DNA from: Antedon mediterranea
Lineage: Eukaryota > Animalia > Echinodermata
Direction: 5' to 3'
Length of the DNA stretch: 64,000 nucleotides
NCBI RefSeq assembly: GCF_964355755.1
Contig: NC_092677.1
Coordinates: 24,291,175-24,355,174 of the forward strand
In this document: positions 15,001-24,200 of the stretch, piece by piece
How the letters are laid out: every line of letters starts with the position of its first letter
Position numbering within the stretch: position 1 is the stretch's first letter
The notes under the pieces: generated by a model
Told to the model about the DNA's origin: nothing
The model's input: the letters and a program-made list of their open reading frames with translations, nothing else
Database searches by the model: none
Program-made: the position numbers and the translations under genes

Positions 15001-18000
15001 CATTATCTGCGTGCTGTTATATACATTTGCACATGCTCAGATCGTTTTTTTGTGTTTCTGCCTAAGTCAGCTGTGTGACTTAGGCAATTAAGGAGAGGAG
15101 ACTGATGATTTTTAAAATAAAATAAGAAATACATTTTTTATAGTATATTTTTTAACCCATTTGTTACAAATTCTTTCGCTTTTATTTCTACTTTCCTTTT
15201 CTAAAATCATCAGTGTTAATTTTAATCTGAAGAGCTAATGCTATTAAATTGTGTTACTTAAAGGTAGCATTTTTTGTATGTAGATGATATCGACAGCCTC
15301 ATAACAAAAGTGTCGAAGTCATAATTTGTTTTTTGTTTTTCTGCCTAACTCACTGCTTATATCAATATACTATATTTTTTGTGTTTCTGCCTAAGTCAGC
15401 TGTGTGACTTAGGCAATTAAGGAGAGCTGACTTATGATCTGCCTAACTCACTGCTTATATCATTATACTGCCCTCTGTACATTATCTGCGTGCTGTTATA
15501 TACATTTGCACATGCTCAGATCGTTTTTTTGTGTTTCTGCCTAAGTCAGCTGTGTGACTTAGGCAATTAAGGAGAGGAGACTGATTATTTTTAAAATAAA
15601 ATAAGAAATACATTTTTATAGTATATTTTTTAACCCATTTGTTACAAATTCTTTCGCTTTTATTTCTACTTTCCTTTCTAAAATCATCAGTGTTAATTTT
15701 AATCTGAAGAGCTAATGCTATTAAATTTTGTTACTTAAAGGTAGCATTTTTTGTATGTAGATGATATCGACAGCCTCATAACAAAAGTGTCGAAGTCATA
15801 ATTTGTTTTTTGTTTTTCTGCCTAACTCACTGCTTATATCAATATACTATATTTTTTGTGTTTCTGCCTAAGTCAGCTGTGTGACTTAGGCAATTAAGGA
15901 GAGCTGACTTATGATCTGCCTAACTCACTGCTTGTATCATTATACTGCCCTCTGTACATTATCTGCGTGCTGTTATATACATTTGCACATGCTCAGATCG
16001 TTTTTTTGTGTTTCTGCCTAAGTCAGCTGTGTGACTTAGGCAATTAAGGAGAGGAGACTGATGATTTTTAAAATAAAATAAGAAATACATTTTTATAGTA
16101 TATTTTTTAACCCATTTGTTACAAATTCATTCGCTTTTATTTCTACTTTCCTTTTCTAAAACCATCATTGTTAATTTTAATATGAAGAGCTAATGCTATT
16201 AAATTTTGTTACTTAAAGGTAGCATTTTTTGTATAGAGATTATATCGACAGCCTCATAACAAAAGTGTCTAAGTCATAATTTTTGTTTTGTTTTTCTGCC
16301 GAACTCACTGCTAATATCAATATACTATATTTTTTGTGTTTCTGCCTAAGTCAGCTGTGTGACTTAGGCAATTAAGGAGAGCTGACTTATCATCTGCCTA
16401 ACTCACTGCTTATATCTTTATACTGCGCTCTGTACATTATATCTGAGTGCTTTTATATACATTTGCACATGCTCAGATCGTTTTTTTTGTGTTTCTGCCC
16501 AAATCAGCTGTGTGACTTAGGCAATTAAGGAGAGCTGACTTATCATCTGCCTAACTCACTGCTTATATCAATATACTATATTTTTGTGTGTTTCTGCCTA
16601 AGTCAGCTGTGTGACTTAGGCAATTAAGGAGAGTAGACTCGTGATTTTTTAAATAAAATAAGAAATACATTTTTATAGTATATTTTTTAACCCATTTGTT
16701 ACAAATTCTTTCGCTTTTATTGCTACTTTCCTTTTCTAAAAACCATCAGTGTTAATTTTAATCTGAAGAGCTGATGCTATTAAATTTTGTTACTTAAAGG
16801 TAGCATTTTTGTATATAGATGATATCGACAGCCTCATAACAAAAGTGTCTAAGTCATAATTTTTGTTTTGTTTTTCTGCCTAACTCACTGCTTATATCAA
16901 TATACTATATTTTTAGTGTTTCTGCCTAAGTCAGCTGTGTGACTTAGGCAATTAAGGAGAGCTGACTTATGATCTGTCTAACTCACTGCTTATATCATTA
17001 TACTGCCCTCTGTACATTATCTGAGTGCTTTCATATACATTCGCACATGCTCAGATCGTTTTTTTGTGTTTCTGCCTAAGTCAGCTGTGTGACTTAGGCA
17101 ATTAAGGAGAGGAGACTGATGATTTTTAAAATAAAATAAGAAATACATTTTTATAGTATATTTTTTAACCCATTTGTTACAAATTCTTTCGCTTTTATTT
17201 CTACTTTCCTTTTCTAAAATCATCAGTGTTAATTTTAATCTGAAGAGCTAATGCTATTAAATTTTGTTACTTAAAGGTAGCTTTTTTTGTATGTAGATGA
17301 TATCGACAGCCTCATAACAAAAGTGTCGAAGTCATAATTTGTTTTTTGTTTTTCTGCCTAACTCACTGCTTATATCAATATACTATATTTTTTGTGTTTC
17401 TGCCTAAGTCAGCCGTGTGACTTAGGCAATTAAGGAGAGCTGACTTATGATCTGCCTAACTCACTGCTTATATCATTATACTGCCCTCTGTACATTATCT
17501 GCGTGCTGTTATATACATTCGAACATGCTCAGTTCGTTTTTTTGTGTTTCTGCCCAAGTCAGCTGTGTGACTTAGGCAATTAACGAGAGGAGACTCATGA
17601 TTTTTTAGATAAAATAAGAAATACATTTTTATAGTATATTTTTTAACCCATTTGTTACAAATTCTTTCGCTTTTATTTCTACTTTCCTTTTCTAAAATCA
17701 TCAGTGTTAATTTTAATCTGAAGAGCTAATGCTATTAAATTTTGTTACTTAAAGGTAGCATTTTTTGTATATAGATGATATCGACAACCTCATAACAAAA
17801 GTGTCTAAGTCATAATTTTTGTTTTGTTTTTCTGCCTAACTCACTGCTTATATCAATATACTATATTTTTAGTGTTTCTGCCTAAGTCAGCTGTGGGACT
17901 TAGGCAATTAAGGAGAGCTGACTTATGATCTGCCTAACTCACTGCTTATATCTTTATACTGCCCTCTGTACATTATCTGAGTGCTTTCATATACATTCGC

Positions 18001-19540
18001 ACATGCTCAGATCGTTTTTTTGTGTTTCTGCCTAAGTCAGCTGTGTGACTTAGGCAATTAAGGAGAGGATACTCATGATTTTTTAAATAAAATAAGAAAT
18101 ACAGTTTTATAGTATATTTTTAAACCCATTTGTTACAAATTCTTTCTCTTTTATTTCTACTTTCCTTTTCTAAATCATCAGTGTTAATTTTAATCTGAAG
18201 AGCTAATGCTATTAAATGTTGTTACTTAAAGGTAGCATTTTTTGTATGTAGATGATATCGACAGCCTCATAACAAAAGTGTCTAAGTCATAATTTGTTTT
18301 TTGTTTTTCTGCCTAACTCACTGCTTATATCAATATACTATATTTTTGTGTTTCTGCCTAAGTCAGCTGTGTGACTTAGGCAATTAAGGAGAGCTGACTT
18401 ATGATCTGCCTAACTCACTGCTTATATCATTATACTGCCCTCTGTACATTATCTGCGTGCTGTTATATACATTCGAACATGCTCAGATCGTTTTTTTGTG
18501 TTTCTGCCCAAGTCAGCTGTGTGACTTAGGCAATTAACGAGAGGAGACTCATGATTTTTTAAATAAAATAAGAAATACATTTTTATAGTATATTTTTTAA
18601 CCCATTTGTTACAAATTCTTTCGCTTTTATTTCTACTTTCCTTTTCTAAAATCATCAGTGTTAATTTTAATCTGAAGAGCTAATGCTATTAAATTTTGTT
18701 ACTTAAAGGTAGCATTTTTTGTATGTAGATGATATCGACAGCCTCATAACAAAAGTGTCGAAGTCATAATTTGTTTTTTTGTTTTTCTGCCTAACTCACT
18801 GCTTATATCAATATACTATATTTTTTGTGTTTCTGCCTAAGTCAGCTGTGTGACTTAGGCAATTAAGGAGAGCTGACTTATGATCTGCCTAACTCACTGC
18901 TTATATCATTATACTGCCCTCTGTACATTATCTGCGTGCTGTTATATACATTTGCACATGCTCAGATCGTTTTTTTTGTGTTTCTGCCTAAGTCAGCTGT
19001 GTGACTTAGGCAATTAAGGAGAGGAGACTGATGATTTTTAAAATAAAATAAGAAATACATTTTTATAGTATATTTTTTAACCCATTTGTTACAAATTCTT
19101 TCGCTTTTATTTCTACTTTCCTTTTCTAAAATCATCAGTGTTAATTTTAATCTGAAGAGCTAATGCTATTAAATTTTGTTACTTAAAGGTAGCATTTTTT
19201 GTATGTAGATGATATCGACAGCCTCATAACAAAAGTGTCGAAGTCATAATTTGTTTTTTTGTTTTTCTGCCTAACTCACTGCTTATATCAATATACTATA
19301 TTTTTTGTGTTTCTGCCCAAGTCAGCTGTGCGACTTAGGCAATTAAGGAGAGCTGACTTATGATCTGCCTAACTCACTGCTTATATCATTATACTGCCCT
19401 CTGTACATTATCTGCGTGCTGTTATATACATTTGCACATGCTCAGATCGTTTTTTTGTGTATATACTATATTTTGTGTGCTTCTGCCTAAGTCACACAGC
19501 TGACTTAGGCAGAAGGAGAAGGAGAGCTGACTTATGATCT
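1..19540. repeat. Satellite DNA array, ~478-bp monomer, ~40 copies, truncated by window start
   Basis: Near-identical blocks recur with period 478 (e.g. ORF-track copies at 9112 and 9590, 17017 and 17495). Each monomer has two copies of tgcctaagtca-gctgtg-tgacttaggca and two of ctgcctaactcactgcttatatc. The array ends at gagctgacttatgatct (~19540). Confidence 0.97.
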
Positions 19541-20219
19541 GTCGGTCTGTCTGTCGGTCTGGTATCACTATGCGTTTTATCGCTTTCTGACCTTATCTTG
19601 ATATCAGTTTAATCTATCTAAGTCAATTTTTCGATAAAACTGGTTACTGTAGCACAATTGACATGCACAGACGCATTATTCGACTCTGCGCATGTTTATT
19701 ATGCTATAGTAACCACTTTTGACATAAATGGTTACTATAGCATAATAAACATGCGCAGGATCGAATAATGGGTTCTGCGCATGTCAATTATGCTATAGTA
19801 ACCAGTTTTATCAAAAAATAAAAATGTCAAAAATTGGTAATTTTTTGAAAAAATCCCTGTACAGGAAAATTTTTCAAAAATCGACCAAATTTCAACCCTT
19901 TTATTTAACTAGTTACTATGGCTCTATAAGATGATGTTGACACAGTATATGTGCATAAATGGCAATATTATCGCTTAATTATTGATTTTCAAAATTGTTC
20001 TGCGCATGTTACCTCATAACAATTTTAAAAGTCGATATTTTGCCGATTTTTCGAAAAATTTTCCTATACTATAGGTTTAAAACTATTAGTACTTATTATT
20101 CAGGAGTGTTTATATACAACACCAAACAAGGCCATATACATGGCTGCAGTCGCGTGCTCAAGTTATGTTTACCGACCGACATAGTGAGCTGTAGAGTCCT
20201 GTTGCATGGAACTAAAAAA
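19541..20219. mobile_element. Non-autonomous element, Helentron/HINE (DINE-1)-like remnant
   Basis: Starts with a gtcggtctgtctgtcggtct microsatellite. Contains a ~190-bp internal palindrome (19627-19818). Near the right end it has a short hairpin gccat-atac-atggc (20131-20144) next to agtcgcgtgc, then accgaccgacatagtgagctgtagagtcctgttgcatggaactaaaaaa. Microsatellite, hairpin and T-run terminus fit described HINE architecture; the class is inferred. Confidence 0.6.
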
Positions 20220-21201
20220 GGGACACAAATCGTAGTGACATAGATAATATTCCAAATAATTTATTTAGCAAAAAAAGCTTATTCATTGTCATCAAACATG
20301 TCTGTTTACAATCTGTTTGTGCGTGCAGTAAAAAAAATATATTTCAGTTACTACATTATAGAAGCAACTAATTGTACATAATTTTATAAACAAGAAACCT
20401 TAAAAAATTTGAACAACACTATTTGTTTATTACTAACAACAAAATTAGCATTAACAAGAAGGAAAGCAGAACATTGGAATGAATCTTCATCACATTTGTT
20501 AAAATATTATCATTGCATAATTTAGCCTAGGCCTAAATAGCCTTAATAGTCTATTCCCAAACAAAAAAACTCTCTTCCTCTTTATCCACACATTAATAAG
20601 GGAAAGTTCTAAGATTATTATTTATTAAGATTTGAGTAACATTTTAATACACTGTACAAACAAAAAAATGGAACGAAAGTTCAAAAGTAAAATGGACTAT
20701 TTGCAGGAAAGAAAATACATGGAAGATTAAACAAAATGTTAAATACCGAAACTATACAAATTAAAAACACTGTGGCATTCACCACACATGAGATGTTTAA
20801 GATGACATTTCATCTTTTTAACAATTCTTTTTGTATAAAGCATACATTGAGTATAATTTTTTTTAAAAAGATCTAAAAACAGCTACGAAAGACGAATTAA
20901 AAGAAATATAATGAATGTAACATGCAATGACTTTAATACTAATAACATGGTCATTTATCTAGTTATATGCACATGTACTTACAGTTTAAAACAAATAAAT
21001 GAGATACAAGATATACAGCAAAAAGAGATGTTTATTCAATAGGATATTTGATTTGGGACATAAGGTTGATCGCAGATAGCTTGATATCGACATAATGATG
21101 CAATGTTGGGAAGGGATTGGGAGAAACAACAATTCCTGTAAACACAACGTGCATGACCCCATTTCCTTCAAACCATGTGTCGTGCATCTATCTGCGATAC
21201 T

Positions 21202-24200
21202 TTAGACAACAATTCCTTGTACAATTGCTTGCGGAGGATCATTAAAATCAATCTCCTCTCCGTTCAGTACATAGTCTTCATGAACGGCTTGTCGGCGACG
21301 ATCTTTGGTCGGTCTCATTCTGCACTTCACAGCTCTGGTGTTGGCACTTCTGCGTTTTTCGAAAAGTTTGGATTTAGATGGTGTGATACCATGAACCTCT
21401 TTACTATGAATTGCAAGGTAATCTGTTCTTGGAAAGCCTAACTTGCAAACATCACACTTGTATGGTTTTAAGTGGGTAAAGAGATGTTCACGCATATGCT
21501 GCTTGCATTTAAACATCTTATTGCAATCTTCACTAAACACACATTTAAATGGACGAGGATCTCGGATGCCTTTCACAACATCTACCATGATATAATAGTC
21601 AGTAAGGTCAAGACCAACAAGGCCTTCCTTTCCAGTGATTGATGGCTTATCTGGAGATTCTCTTTTAATGTTTATTAGGTTTTCTGTTTCATCCTTCTGT
21701 GGTGTTAAATTCACATTTTTTTCTACATTGCTTCTTTTCGTCTGCCTTCGTCGTGGAGAAACTGGAGACAACTGCAATGAAGAAGCATCTGGTAATGATC
21801 CTTGTTCAAATGTCTCGCCTGTTTCAGCCACAATTATCTTTGATAAATCTGTGTCAACTGCAGCCACTCCAGAAGTTGGTGTAAAGGGGCTAACAGCAAC
21901 CTCTCCCTCTCTACTAATAGAAGACATTTTATCACTAGCATCATCTGCTGCTTCAGTTTTTATCTCAACTTCTTTTACTTTGATTTCTTTAACAAGCAAG
22001 TTATCTGGTTCTTTGATTAACTTAGGTTCAATATCTTGACTTGTTACTACATGATCTACTTCTTTCTGTGGTGATTCTTCGATAGTAGTTTCTACGGGTT
22101 CTTCTTTGGGACACTGTACATTATGATTAACTTTAGTTGCAAACATACTTTTACCATCTGGTCTTTCTTTAACTACAAGATCTCCAGCAGTTGAACAAAC
22201 ATTGGTAATAGTTGGTGTAGAATAATCTGATGAACTAAACAAATCTTGATCACAATTTGTCTGTCCATAAAAATCGACTAAATCACCGCCATATGACCTC
22301 TTACGAGGACGATCTCGCTTTCTACTTTCAAAGCTAAATTCTGATGAGACTATTTGGCCATCCTCTGGTGTACTTCCAGGAACCTGACTGGTCACTGGCA
22401 TTAAACTAGTTTCTGGAATTTCATCAGTTGGTTTCAGTTTTTTCCCAGAAACTTTAAAAATATTTTCCAGTTCGGCATCATCGCCAGAAAATCCATGACT
22501 TCTTCGCAAATGATCACCAAGATATTGCCAGCGAGTCGTGCTAAATGAGCACTCACCACATTTGTATGGTCGTGAATGAATTCTTACATGATCTTTTAAG
22601 TTGTTACGGCGCTTAAATCCTTTACTGCATATGTGACAAATATACGGCCTTTCTGTGTATATACTGAAGACTTTTGGTGATGTCACATTATCATGAGGTG
22701 AATTAGATGTTTTCTCTTCTGCAATCACAACATCAGAAAGACTACCATCGGTTTTTTCATTGTGAATAATTCCAAGTGAACATTCCTGGTGTACTTCTGG
22801 CTGTTTAGAAGTTTCATTTCTCACATCTTCAATGTTAACTGGAGCAACATGTGTAGAATTATTTTCAACATTCTGGAGGGAAACACGATCTGATTGTAGT
22901 TCTGGAATAAGTCTGTTAACGGATGCTTCCAGGATATCAGTAGGGCTAGAATGTTCTGGTGTTACATAAGTTGCCTTGAAAGTTGATATTTTTTCCCCCG
23001 AATTATTTTGCATGGGTAAAGAACAACCATTTGTAGGAATGCTCTGGTTGGAAGATACTTGTCTGTTATCTGTGTAAGCAGGAGGGGGTGGCAGATATTG
23101 TGTAGGTGCATTTTGATTCTGGAATACATGTGCCTTTGAACCATCCATAACATTATTATTTGTATATAAGTGGCCATTTTGACTACCATCTTTATGCTGC
23201 ATTTCATTTTGATTTCGGTCCTGAAAAACTGCAACATTTGGCAATCTGTACTGATTATATACAGGTGATTGTACAATTGGAGAATTATTGGCACTAGGGT
23301 ACTGAAATTGACATGCTTGTCTGGGGGAATGGTGATGTGGTGATGGCTGCGTTCTACCACCACGGTATCCATTTGGTGGCGGTAAATATGGCCATGGTGA
23401 CCTTACTTCTTGCATAGGCTGAAATCCTTCAAGCATGGCGGTGAAAGATTCCTTCTGTGGTTGAATTCTGATTGGAGGTGACTGAATGAACTGTGGCTGC
23501 TGTGGCATTTCATTTGTTTTCGCTGGATAGTGAAACGTGTTGGAATGGTGCATGTACTGATTTTGGACAGTACTTGGTGACTTGAAATTTGATTGATAAG
23601 GCACATTTGATGTATAGTTCAGATCAGAATGATTATTTGATACTCTATTTTGAGGACTGTAAAACTTTCTGATTGGTTCCGGTCTATTTGGCATTCTAAT
23701 AAAGTTGGCTGGAGGAGCTTTAAGCATACTTTGTAAAAAGCTTCCTCTTTGTACATTTTGATCCGATTGGTAGGAAACTGGTCTTGATTGAATTGATCCT
23801 GCACCAAACCCACATCCTCTTGCTTGTACCATTCTAAGATCAGTGTTTGGTGGATAAATGTTTTGGTCATTTAAAGAAGGTTGAAAGTGACTTTGTTCAC
23901 TTGCTGAGCCATAAGGATGATTCACATGGTTATGTAAACTCTGGACAGAACTAATGATCGGCATACTACTACTAATAGAAGGTTTAATAGCATTGATGTC
24001 ACTATTAGAAGAATCTGATGCCTTACTCTGCAAGTCAACACGAGGAATATCTGGTCTTCTCATTAACGGTGGTGGTGCTGGAAGTATTTGATTGTTGTTA
24101 AGCTGCTGTATTTGTTTAGTATTTTCAGATGTTGTGGTTGAATATACATCTATGAGAATAGGCTGAGTAAGTGCAGATGGATTTGGTTCTGGAATGATGT

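Noticed and set aside
7683-18655. Seven 68-70-aa minus-strand ORFs (MILEKES...)
   Set aside because: They are translations of the satellite monomer, open in only a minority of copies depending on homopolymer lengths, with no recognisable domain.
1-19540. CRISPR-like array (28-bp palindromic repeat at regular spacing)
   Set aside because: The intervening sequences are themselves repeated (two alternating types, ~120 and ~300 bp), there are no unique spacers or cas genes, and the context is eukaryotic.
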